From Magnetococcales bacterium (GTDB lineage Bacteria; Pseudomonadota; Magnetococcia; Magnetococcales; JADFYX01), in NCBI GenBank assembly GCA_015232405.1, contig JADFZS010000001.1, positions 35,322 to 99,321 on the forward strand: a DNA stretch of 64,000 nucleotides. The letters run 5' to 3'. Below, piece by piece: positions 53,510 through 62,189 of the stretch; position 1 is the first letter of the stretch, and each line of letters opens with the position of its first letter. A program made the position numbers and the translations under genes. The notes under the pieces were generated by a model. The model did not search any database. It was not told where the DNA came from and was given only the letters and a program-made list of their open reading frames with translations.

Positions 53510-54406
53510 TTAATTTTTGGGGTCTGTCTTGCTGCCAACCTGTTCACCCCAACGCAGTTTTTCACGTAAAATAGAGTAGTAGTTTCTATCTGCTGCATGG
53601 AGAACGTGAAGTTGATGTTTGGACTGTTTGATTAAAATTTTATCCCCTTCCTGCAGGGGAAATCCCGTCTGTCCATCAAGGGTGAGACGTTGATCAAGGC
53701 TGCTGATGTTACTAAGGGTGATGGATATAATGCCATCTCCCGGTACGGCTATGGGTCTGTTGGTCAGGGTGTGGGGGCAGATTGGTACAAGGAGTATGGT
53801 GTTTAAAGTGGGATGTATAATAGGCCCGCCAGCAGATAGTGAGTAGGCGGTGGAACCTGTGGGGCTGGAGATAATCAAACCATCAGCCCGGCTTGAGAAG
53901 ACAAACTGTTTATCAATTGCCACCTCATACTCCAACATTCTTGCCAGGGCACCTTTGTGAATAACCGCATCATTTAAAACCAGATATTTTAATATCTCCT
54001 TGTTTTTGCGTTTTATTTTAATGGCTAACAGCATTCGTTTTTCAATGGTGTAGCGACCATCCAATATTTCAGCCATTGTGGAGAGCATGGCATCTTTGGT
54101 CACTTCGGTTAAAAAACCCAATCGGCCCATATTTATACCCAACAGGGGGGTTCCTGTGGTTCCAACTGCTCGACAGGCAGCTATGAATGTTCCATCACCG
54201 CCAATAACCACCACTAAATCTCTATTATGTGGTAATTTTTCCTGATCGGCAGGAGTAGCTATTTTTTTTGCTATTTTTGCATCCTTGGCTGTCTCTTGTG
54301 TAATAGCAACTTTACAGCCCTGTTTATAAAGCCATTTAGCCAAATCTTTGGTGGCTTTAAGTGCCTCGGGATCAGATAATTTTGTAATGATACCAATATT
54401 ACGCAT
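53510..54406 (-). CDS. nadK: NAD kinase
   Basis: VVVIGGDGTFIAA, NMGRLGFLTE, DGLIISSPTGSTAYSLSAGGPI. Confidence 0.9.
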   Translation of the reverse strand: MRNIGIITKLSDPEALKATKDLAKWLYKQGCKVAITQETAKDAKIAKKIATPADQEKLPHNRDLVVVIGGDGTFIAACRAVGTTGTPLLGINMGRLGFLTEVTKDAMLSTMAEILDGRYTIEKRMLLAIKIKRKNKEILKYLVLNDAVIHKGALARMLEYEVAIDKQFVFSSRADGLIISSPTGSTAYSLSAGGPIIHPTLNTILLVPICPHTLTNRPIAVPGDGIISITLSNISSLDQRLTLDGQTGFPLQEGDKILIKQSKHQLHVLHAADRNYYSILREKLRWGEQVGSKTDPKN

Positions 54407-54522
54407 GGATAAATTGTCTTATGTTATAATAAATAAATTGCCCATTAACCAACGCAACCATACACTAAGATTCTTATAACCCCAAATGGGTTGATTATTT
54501 CTTTTTAGGTATTAGTAAATTT

Positions 54523-55335
54523 ATGGACACCAAAACACCAGATCTAGAACAAAAAACCTTGATTGATGTTCAATCTCGTCAAGACCACCGTAAGCTCGAT
54601 ATTGACAAGGTTGGGGTCAAGGATATTCGCTATCCCATAATTGTTCGTGATCGGACCCGTGGCGAGCAACATACAATCGCCTCTATCAATATGTATGTCA
54701 AACTACCCCACCTTTTCAAGGGTACTCATATGTCCCGTTTTTTGGAGGTGTTGGCAGAGTATGATCAGGAAATATCTGTTGCCAGTCTGCCGAACCTTCT
54801 GGAGAAAATTCGGGGGCGACTTGATGCCGAAGAGGCCCATATAGAGCTACACTTTCCCTATTTTATAAGCAAAACTGCTCCGGTTAGCAAAGCCAAGGCG
54901 TTGATGGACTATGAGATTGAGTTTTTGGGTGTGCTTACAGGGGATAAATATACCATGACTGTAAAGGTTATGGTCCCGGTAACATCTCTTTGCCCCTGTT
55001 CAAAGGAGATATCTGATGCAGGTGCCCACAATCAACGTTCACATGTTACGGTATCGGTACAGTTTAGAAAATTTTTATGGGTAGAGGAGATTATCGATCT
55101 GGTGGAAAATAACGCCTCTTGCCAGCTCTACACCATTTTAAAAAGACCAGATGAAAAATTTGTTACCGAAGAGGCCTATAATAACCCCAAATTTGTTGAA
55201 GATATGGTCCGTTCTGTTGCTGCTGAATTGGAAAAAGATAGCCGGGTGAACTGGTTTACGGTAGAATCAGAAAATTTTGAATCAATCCACAACCACTCCG
55301 CCTATGCCATTATTGAAGGCGGTCAGAAAGAGTAG
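54523..55335 (+). CDS. folE2: GTP cyclohydrolase I type 2 (FolE2/MptA family)
   Basis: [42 protein letters not shown], about 270 aa. Confidence 0.9.
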   Translation: MDTKTPDLEQKTLIDVQSRQDHRKLDIDKVGVKDIRYPIIVRDRTRGEQHTIASINMYVKLPHLFKGTHMSRFLEVLAEYDQEISVASLPNLLEKIRGRLDAEEAHIELHFPYFISKTAPVSKAKALMDYEIEFLGVLTGDKYTMTVKVMVPVTSLCPCSKEISDAGAHNQRSHVTVSVQFRKFLWVEEIIDLVENNASCQLYTILKRPDEKFVTEEAYNNPKFVEDMVRSVAAELEKDSRVNWFTVESENFESIHNHSAYAIIEGGQKE

Positions 55336-55343
55336 TAATAACC

Positions 55344-57062
55344 ATGCGTTTAAGTAAAACCCTACTTCCTACCCTCAAAGAAGATCCTGTTGAGGCACAG
55401 ATAGTCTCACACAAGCTAATGTTGCGCTCCGGGATGATACGACAACTAGGAGCTGGTATCTATAACTGGCTGCCTTTGGGCCTGCGTGTGCTGCGAAAGG
55501 TGGAAAATATCGTCAGGCAGCAGATGGACAAAGCTGGGGCCCAAGAGGTGTTCATGCCAGCTGTACAACCTGCCGAGCTATGGCAGGAGACAGGGCGTTG
55601 GGATCAATATGGGGTGGAGCTATTACGTTTTCAAGATCGCGGTGGTAGAGATTTCTGCTTTGGTCCCACCCATGAAGAGGTGGTTACCGATCTGGTGCGC
55701 AATGAGCTACGCTCTTATAAACAGCTGCCTGCCAATTTCTACCAGATTCAGACAAAATTTCGTGATGAGGTGAGACCACGCTTTGGTATTATGCGAGGTA
55801 GGGAATTTTTAATGAAGGATGCCTACTCATTCGATCTGGATCAGCAGAGCCTGGATAATAGCTATGAGGTGATGTTTCAAGCATATAAAGAGATTTTTAA
55901 AAGTTGTGGTCTCTCTTTTCGGGCTGTGGAGGCCGACTCTGGAGCCATTGGTGGTTCAGCCTCCCATGAGTTTCATGTATTGGCCGAGTCCGGTGAAGAT
56001 GCCATAGCATCATGTGATAGCTGTGATTATGCTGCCAACCTGGAAAAAGCAGTGGCTGGTTTGCAAGATGGTACAGACACCCCCCCTACAGCCGAGATGC
56101 AAAAAGTGGCAACTCCCGAGGCAAAAACCATTGATGAGGTAAGCGAATTTTTTGCCGTCACCCCAGATAAAACCTGCAAATCCCTGTTGGTAGAGAGTGA
56201 TGAAGGGCCATGTATGCTTCTGTTACGTGGCGATCATGAGCTAAACGAAATCAAGGCTGGCAATCTGTTGGCTGGAAATAATTTTCGCCTGTTGGAGCCA
56301 CACGAGGTAAAAAAATTAACAGGTGTTGGTGTTGGCTCTTTGGGGCCTGTTGCCAGCAAACTAAAAATAATAGCCGATAACTCCCTTGCCAACATGAGTG
56401 ATTTTATCTGTGGAGCCAATGAAGATGGTTATCATCTAACCGGGGTGAATTGGGAACGTGATCTACCTTCCCCCCAATTTGCCGATCTTCGCAATGTCCA
56501 AGAGGGGGACTCCTGCTCTCGCTGTGATGCAGGCTCTTTGCGCTTGGATAGGGGTATTGAGGTGGGTCATGTGTTTAAACTTGGTGATAAATATACCAAA
56601 TCGATGAATATGACCGTCTTGAATCAAGATGGCAGGGAGCAGACACCTTTGATGGGCTGCTATGGTATTGGTGTCTCCCGTATTGTGGCTGCAGCAATTG
56701 AGCAAAACCATGACGATAATGGTATTGTCTGGCCCATATTCTTGGCTCCCTTTCATGTAGAGATTTTACTTATCAATCCCAAAGAGGCCCCGGCAGCTGA
56801 GTTTGCCGAAAAGCTCTATCAGCAGCTGTTGGATAGTGGCTTGGAAGTACTATTGGATGATCGCCATGAACGCCTTGGGGTTAAATTTAAAGATGCCGAT
56901 TTAATCGGTGCACCAATTCGAGTGGTTATTGGTGGTCGTGGTATTAAAGAGGGAGCGGTTGAGGTGCAGAGCCGTAAAGGTGGCTCCTCCCAAAAGGTGG
57001 CTTTAAATGAGGTTGGCGAGACATTAATCAACCGTGCCAAAGATTTGTTGAGCGGATCGTAA
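55344..57062 (+). CDS. proS: Proline--tRNA ligase (bacterial type with editing insertion)
   Basis: MRLSKTLLPTLKEDP, class II motifs (FRDE.RPRFG..RGREF.MKDAYSF) and GCYGIGVSR. Confidence 0.95.
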   Translation: MRLSKTLLPTLKEDPVEAQIVSHKLMLRSGMIRQLGAGIYNWLPLGLRVLRKVENIVRQQMDKAGAQEVFMPAVQPAELWQETGRWDQYGVELLRFQDRGGRDFCFGPTHEEVVTDLVRNELRSYKQLPANFYQIQTKFRDEVRPRFGIMRGREFLMKDAYSFDLDQQSLDNSYEVMFQAYKEIFKSCGLSFRAVEADSGAIGGSASHEFHVLAESGEDAIASCDSCDYAANLEKAVAGLQDGTDTPPTAEMQKVATPEAKTIDEVSEFFAVTPDKTCKSLLVESDEGPCMLLLRGDHELNEIKAGNLLAGNNFRLLEPHEVKKLTGVGVGSLGPVASKLKIIADNSLANMSDFICGANEDGYHLTGVNWERDLPSPQFADLRNVQEGDSCSRCDAGSLRLDRGIEVGHVFKLGDKYTKSMNMTVLNQDGREQTPLMGCYGIGVSRIVAAAIEQNHDDNGIVWPIFLAPFHVEILLINPKEAPAAEFAEKLYQQLLDSGLEVLLDDRHERLGVKFKDADLIGAPIRVVIGGRGIKEGAVEVQSRKGGSSQKVALNEVGETLINRAKDLLSGS

Positions 57063-57073
57063 GGAGGGCAGTT

Positions 57074-57445
57074 ATGATTGCTGATAGTGGTGCTCTGTCA
57101 GGCTCTGATAAGGAGACTTTGGGAGAGCAGGTAAAAGAGGCTTTTGCAAAACAGGTTAGCGACGGAGCCAAAGATAGTATGCGGGATCTGGTGCGGGTGA
57201 TGTTGCCAGAAATAGCGCAAAAAGTGGTGCAAGAGGAGATAGGGCGTATCCATGCCGAAGAGAGATCGGTTGCTATTGATGGTGAGCACCTAACAGCAGC
57301 GGTTCGTGATGCCTTTGCCCCCCAAGTTGAAGCCATGGCCCGTGATATGGTCAAAGATTTGGTTGCCGAGATGTTGCCAAAACTGGCTGAAGAGATGGTT
57401 CTCGGCGAGATAGAACGAATTAAAAATCAAGGTGGTGAGGAATAA
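57074..57445 (+). CDS. Hypothetical acidic helical protein with an internal duplication
   Basis: Two about 45-aa halves: KEAFAKQV...MRDLVRVMLPEIAQKVVQEEIGRI and RDAFAPQV...VKDLVAEMLPKLAEEMVLGEIERI. The gene starts 11 nt after proS. Confidence 0.6.
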   Translation: MIADSGALSGSDKETLGEQVKEAFAKQVSDGAKDSMRDLVRVMLPEIAQKVVQEEIGRIHAEERSVAIDGEHLTAAVRDAFAPQVEAMARDMVKDLVAEMLPKLAEEMVLGEIERIKNQGGEE

Positions 57446-57457
57446 ACATCTGCTACA

Positions 57458-58495
57458 ATGATTAACACCTTAACTAAAAATCTAGTTTGGTATAGAGATA
57501 AATTGGTTAGGCGTATTGTGCAAAAAGGGCCATATTTTGCCCAAAGATTAATTGTAAAACAGGTAGCAAAACCCCATATTGCCAAATATCGTGGCAAGGA
57601 TAACCAGGGACCGGAGATATTTGAAACTGTCTTTTTTGAACTACGAACCCGTTGTAACTCCCACTGTACCTTTTGTGCTGGCTCTGTTGAAAATGAGATT
57701 CGTCCTGATTTGAATATGCCATTTGCGGTATTTAAAAAGGGGATAGATAATTTAAAAGATATTGGGTTTACTGGTAGGGTTGCCTTCCATATTACCAGTG
57801 AGCCTCTTCTTACTCCCAACCTGCCTGAATATATCACATATGCCAGAGAGCAGTTGCCAAAGGTGTGGTTGCAGCTACTTACCAACGGTCGTAAATTAAA
57901 CCCACGCAGTGGAACCGCCGTAATAGATGCCGGTATCAACGAGATAACAGTCAACTATTATGATGATGCCTGTGCAGCCAACCATGATCTACCACTGCCG
58001 CAAAATATCCTGAAATTTGAGAGTGAAGTTTTAACAAAACGTTTTACCAAAGGTGAGGTGACAACAGGCCATGGTCCAGATCCCGTTAAGGGTTTTGATG
58101 TTTTTCGTTATAACTGTAACAGACGACGAATGAATGAAATTTTATCCAATCAAACCGGATCATCCCCCAATAAGAGCGTGATGACTGAGAGAAATTTTTT
58201 AGGTTTTTGTCACTCTCCTCTCACAGATTTTCACATAACAACCGATGGCACAGTTAGTAAATGCTCTAAAGATGTCTTTTTTACCGATCCCATGGGTAAC
58301 ATCATGGAGGAGGATGTGATGGAGATTTGGAACGGCAAACGTTTTCGTGATGTCCATAGAATGTTATTGGCAAATGATCGCAACGCCAATGAGATGTGCC
58401 GTGGTTGTGACTATCCCGGTTTTAAGACCATACACGGTAAAAAAGATACTTTAAAACGTCTGTTGCAGCACTCAATCTATGGGCATAAAAGATAG
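57458..58495 (+). CDS. Radical SAM protein with SPASM/twitch-like C-terminal Cys cluster
   Basis: CX3CX2C (CNSHCTFC, Cys codons at 57653, 57665 and 57674). The distal motif is CSKDVFFTDPMGNI...MCRGCDY. Confidence 0.8.
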   Translation: MINTLTKNLVWYRDKLVRRIVQKGPYFAQRLIVKQVAKPHIAKYRGKDNQGPEIFETVFFELRTRCNSHCTFCAGSVENEIRPDLNMPFAVFKKGIDNLKDIGFTGRVAFHITSEPLLTPNLPEYITYAREQLPKVWLQLLTNGRKLNPRSGTAVIDAGINEITVNYYDDACAANHDLPLPQNILKFESEVLTKRFTKGEVTTGHGPDPVKGFDVFRYNCNRRRMNEILSNQTGSSPNKSVMTERNFLGFCHSPLTDFHITTDGTVSKCSKDVFFTDPMGNIMEEDVMEIWNGKRFRDVHRMLLANDRNANEMCRGCDYPGFKTIHGKKDTLKRLLQHSIYGHKR

Positions 58496-58497
58496 AT

Positions 58498-59472
58498 ATG
58501 AATATTCAAATTGCCATTATTGGAACCTCAGGAATATCCCCATACCATGTTAAAAGATTGCACAAGATATCTGGTGTAACATGTAGTTGGGTCCACTCTC
58601 GTAATCTGGCTCGCGCTGAGCAGTTTGCCAGAGATAACGGCATAAAAAAGGGGACCGACTCGTTAACAGATATTCTTGATGATGACAAAGTTGATGTTTT
58701 GATGGTCTTTAACGAGCCAACCAGACATGTTGATATCGCCCTGCAAGGTTTGGCAGCAGGAAAACATCTGCTATTGGAAAAACCCATTGATGTGGATTTA
58801 CAAAAGGCCGAGAAGCTAGGTCGGGTAGCTAAAGATTCCCCAAATATTGTCGGTGTGGTCTCTCAATATCGTTTTGATCCACTTTTACAACAGATGCGCA
58901 ATGCAATGTTAAAAGAGGCAAAAGATCTGCCTAAAACTGCCTCTTTGATGATCATGAAAAGCCGAAACCAGGACTATTATGAGGGTGGTACAGGGTGGCG
59001 ACTCAGCCACAGCCCAGCATTTATGAATCAGGGGATTCACTGGCTTGATGTTCTCAACTGGTTTTTTGGGGAGCCTCTGCAAGTCCGTTCCAGTGCCGCC
59101 ATAACCCGATCTTTTTTACAGTGCGCCGATATGGGGGCAGCTCTTATTGACTATCCCGGCAATGTATCGGTTGTGGTAAACGGGGGAACCTTTTGTGGCA
59201 AAAATATGGATGATCAATTTACCGTTATCCACCCCCATGGAGTGTTGGATTTTCAAACATTAAAAGGTCCAAAACCACCAAAAAACTTCCGTGAACGTCT
59301 AGGTCGCAAACTGCTAAAAGTGCCGGTTTGGGGAGCGCCAGATTGTGATGTTCAACAGTTGGCAATGGAGGACTTCATAACAGCTGTAAGAGAAAAACGC
59401 CAACCCGTCTGCTCCCTTGCCAACGGACTGTCAGCATTAAGATTGGCCCACGCCCTGAGTGAGTTGGGTTAG
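58498..59472 (+). CDS. Gfo/Idh/MocA-family NAD(P)-dependent oxidoreductase
   Basis: N-terminal Rossmann segment (IAIIGTSGISPYHV) and the EKP motif (LLLEKPIDV). The gene starts 2 nt after the radical SAM gene. Confidence 0.85.
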   Translation: MNIQIAIIGTSGISPYHVKRLHKISGVTCSWVHSRNLARAEQFARDNGIKKGTDSLTDILDDDKVDVLMVFNEPTRHVDIALQGLAAGKHLLLEKPIDVDLQKAEKLGRVAKDSPNIVGVVSQYRFDPLLQQMRNAMLKEAKDLPKTASLMIMKSRNQDYYEGGTGWRLSHSPAFMNQGIHWLDVLNWFFGEPLQVRSSAAITRSFLQCADMGAALIDYPGNVSVVVNGGTFCGKNMDDQFTVIHPHGVLDFQTLKGPKPPKNFRERLGRKLLKVPVWGAPDCDVQQLAMEDFITAVREKRQPVCSLANGLSALRLAHALSELG

Positions 59473-59478
59473 CTGGCC

Positions 59479-60339
59479 TTATTTGATAATTGTCTCAAGA
59501 TTAAAATCAGAAAGAAGCGCATCTGCCATGGCCATTCTGTTGGCTCTGACCTCTGTGTTGCAGGATAGGGGCATGAGGGATTTTTCCTGCTTTTTTTGGA
59601 GATTTCTGTTGTAGACAGGATGGTCCTTATCTTTGTGATAGGCTGTTACCATGTTGTTTAAATTGGTGAGTAGAATATCTTGCGCAGTTGGCCTGTAAGT
59701 ACGCACAAACTCAGTTAAGAAGTTCATTTTATTGAGAGAAAAACTGTTTTTCTCCTGCATTTTTTCCAAACATATAGCCAATACATCACTACTTGTGCTT
59801 TTGTTCCAGACAGGTCGGCGCGCCAGGGAAAATGCCCGGTTGCGGTTGTCACTATCAACCACCGCTTCTAGTAGATCAACGATACTATCAGATATTTTAC
59901 CGGTTAGTCCTAAAAGGCGGAGATAACGTTCAACGATAATATCGGGGATGGTCAGGGTTCCATTTGAAAGGCCGTATACTACCTGACAAGAGAGTTTCTC
60001 TTGTGTTAGCTGCATAAATAGTGAGTTAAGAGTCTCTGTGGTTATCCCGGATGGGGATAGGGCAGCTTCACACTCAGCTTTATCTTCGCTGTTAGGGGTA
60101 AAGAGAGGCGATAACAACAGTTCAGCCTCGTACTCCTCCAACTGCGCTATGGCATCTGAGTTTAATCCGGTAATGGCATCATCAACATCGAGCTGAATAA
60201 CAATTGCTGTTGCTGTTTTTGCTGTTAACGTTCGCTTGGCAACCAAAAGATCTCTAACTACATTAAATAACTTTTGATCCACTGGCATGTCATTCATAGG
60301 ATGGTATCTACTCTTTTGTCTGATTGCTTGTAAAGCCAT
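59479..60339 (-). CDS. Hypothetical protein (286 aa)
   Basis: Long ORF with coding-like composition. No family recognised. Confidence 0.5.
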   Translation of the reverse strand: MALQAIRQKSRYHPMNDMPVDQKLFNVVRDLLVAKRTLTAKTATAIVIQLDVDDAITGLNSDAIAQLEEYEAELLLSPLFTPNSEDKAECEAALSPSGITTETLNSLFMQLTQEKLSCQVVYGLSNGTLTIPDIIVERYLRLLGLTGKISDSIVDLLEAVVDSDNRNRAFSLARRPVWNKSTSSDVLAICLEKMQEKNSFSLNKMNFLTEFVRTYRPTAQDILLTNLNNMVTAYHKDKDHPVYNRNLQKKQEKSLMPLSCNTEVRANRMAMADALLSDFNLETIIK

Positions 60340-60426
60340 TGTCGGTATACCTCTTAATTCGGTTATATACTAACAATCAGACTTGTTGCTCAGATAAAAG
60401 TTCATAAAAAAAGTTGGCGAGAATAT

Positions 60427-60470
60427 CAAAAAAATTCAACCCGGATAATGTAATGTTTATCCGGGTTGAA
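60427..60470 (-). terminator. Rho-independent terminator of the EAL gene
   Basis: TTCAACCCGGATAA-tgtaatgt-TTATCCGGGTTGAA forms a 14-bp stem. It is followed on the minus strand by a T-run (A-run 60427-60434 on the plus strand). Confidence 0.85.
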
Positions 60471-60482
60471 TAGTACAAAAAA

Positions 60483-61805
60483 TCAATCGAGAATCATACC
60501 TTCCAGACGCTCTAGATCACAACAGAGAACAAAATTTTCATCTCCCTTGTTGACGGTCATGGAGAGTGTTGTGCAGACATTGAGACTGATGTTGGAACGG
60601 TATGGTTGGGAAAGGTGAACAACCCCAGGTTTACGCATGGCATCTTGGAATGGAGTTCTACGGGTCCATGTTCCACCCTCAGTATCTGCCATGGGTATAT
60701 AGCGTTGATCCAAGCAAGCTACACCCTCTTCTGGGAAACAGTTTGTACTGACTTGAACACCCTTATTGTTTAGCAGGTAGACCCGCTCAACACGCTTGAG
60801 CTTGAGCATGTTCTTGGCTGCAGTTTCAATGGGTACGCCATCGGCAATAGACCATGCACACTCCATAAACTCATTTGTGAAGTTTGCCATCTCCAGATTA
60901 TGCCGACGCTCTTCAGTAAGGAATTCAACCTCACAGCGTTCCCTAATGGTAAGGAAATAGGTGTCAAATTCATCCTCTGCTTTGTCTGGACGACGGATAG
61001 GTCTGTCGCTGAGATCACCCCAGAAACGGCCTTGGAGAAAGTCTGCATGGAGGCGCATTGCGACAAAAGACTCCTCTTCAGTCTCAATTTTTTCCACCAG
61101 CACCAAACTACCTGAAGCGTGAATCAAGGAGATCAATTTATAGAACATCCGCTTGGCACGGGGATCTTTGAAGGCGTTCTCAAGAAAATCCCTGTCCAGC
61201 TTAACAATGTCTGGATGGAGCTGCCATAGACGATCCAGATTGGCAGAGTCTCCGCCAAAATCATCAAACATGACCAAGCAACCCAAACGTTGTAGATTTT
61301 TGATTGTGTTGGTAAGCACTGTCTGATAGTTGCCTTGGTGTTCCCGTAAAGCGATAACAACTTGGTGGGCTGGTAATCCAGTGTGCTCCAATACCTCTTG
61401 CAAAAATTCTACATCCGGGTCTTGGCGACCCAACATTACTTTGGAGTGGATATTAACAAATAACCAACGATCATCAATTCCAGCTTTGGCAAAATTTTTG
61501 ATATGCAGCAACAAGCGCATACGGTCTAGCTGGATTTTATCTTCATCGTTGTTGGTGTTGGCAAACAGGGATGAAGAACCAACCAATTTGCCATGGCGAT
61601 CAATACCACGGAAGAATGCCTCAAAACCTACACCCCTTTGGTGAGAAGCACTAAAAATACGTTGGAACTGCGAACAGATTGTGTAAGAAGAGAAGTCAGC
61701 CTCATACTTGCCATCGCGTTCATGGATGGCCTTCTCTAGAGTTGCAATTGAACGACCACCAAATATACCAGTATAGACATCAGGACTAGAGGAACTTTCA
61801 GACAT
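60483..61805 (-). CDS. EAL-domain c-di-GMP phosphodiesterase-type protein with a C-terminal PAS-like sensor domain (YkuI-like architecture)
   Basis: FEAFFR, FVNIH, DDFGGD, VKLDRDF, EKIETEEE and FLQGRFWG blocks in EAL order. A further 150 aa or so follow the EAL domain. ATG 61805 is preceded by GGGAGA. Confidence 0.8.
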   Translation of the reverse strand: MSESSSSPDVYTGIFGGRSIATLEKAIHERDGKYEADFSSYTICSQFQRIFSASHQRGVGFEAFFRGIDRHGKLVGSSSLFANTNNDEDKIQLDRMRLLLHIKNFAKAGIDDRWLFVNIHSKVMLGRQDPDVEFLQEVLEHTGLPAHQVVIALREHQGNYQTVLTNTIKNLQRLGCLVMFDDFGGDSANLDRLWQLHPDIVKLDRDFLENAFKDPRAKRMFYKLISLIHASGSLVLVEKIETEEESFVAMRLHADFLQGRFWGDLSDRPIRRPDKAEDEFDTYFLTIRERCEVEFLTEERRHNLEMANFTNEFMECAWSIADGVPIETAAKNMLKLKRVERVYLLNNKGVQVSTNCFPEEGVACLDQRYIPMADTEGGTWTRRTPFQDAMRKPGVVHLSQPYRSNISLNVCTTLSMTVNKGDENFVLCCDLERLEGMILD

Positions 61806-62104
61806 ACATATCTCCCATTCAAGGTGTTTCAACACCCAATTTATACATATTGATTTTCGATTCTGTTATTTCACTCTATCACAAGCAAAAAGTCAGCAAA
61901 AAAATGCAGTTTTTGTAAAAAAAATTAAATAGTGTTCACTCTAGCTCACATGTTTGTTGTCTTATAACTGCTATACCGCCCTATACAACACCTTACTCAC
62001 CAGTTGTTTTCTGTATGAGTCTAACCCCGATACGGGATTTAAAAGATAATTCGGTTAAAAATTATGTAACATGTGGGCTTATCTGGGATAAATAAAAGCA
62101 ACCC

Positions 62105-62140
62105 TAAAAAAGCCATCCCGTAATTAGGATGGCTTTTTTA
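62105..62140 (-). terminator. Rho-independent (bidirectional-type) terminator downstream of the oxidoreductase gene
   Basis: AAAAAAGCCATCC-cgtaatta-GGATGGCTTTTTT. Confidence 0.8.
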
Positions 62141-62189
62141 TTTTTCATACTAACTTCAATTTTTAAAAACCGTGACAGTTAATCAGGCT

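Noticed and set aside
54417-54443. Possible Zur box upstream of folE2 (ATGTTATAAT...)
   Set aside because: Only the left half matches the gammaproteobacterial Zur consensus as I recall it, about 15 of 23 positions overall. The match is dominated by a TATAAT that may simply be the -10 element. It cannot be distinguished without a genome-wide motif model.
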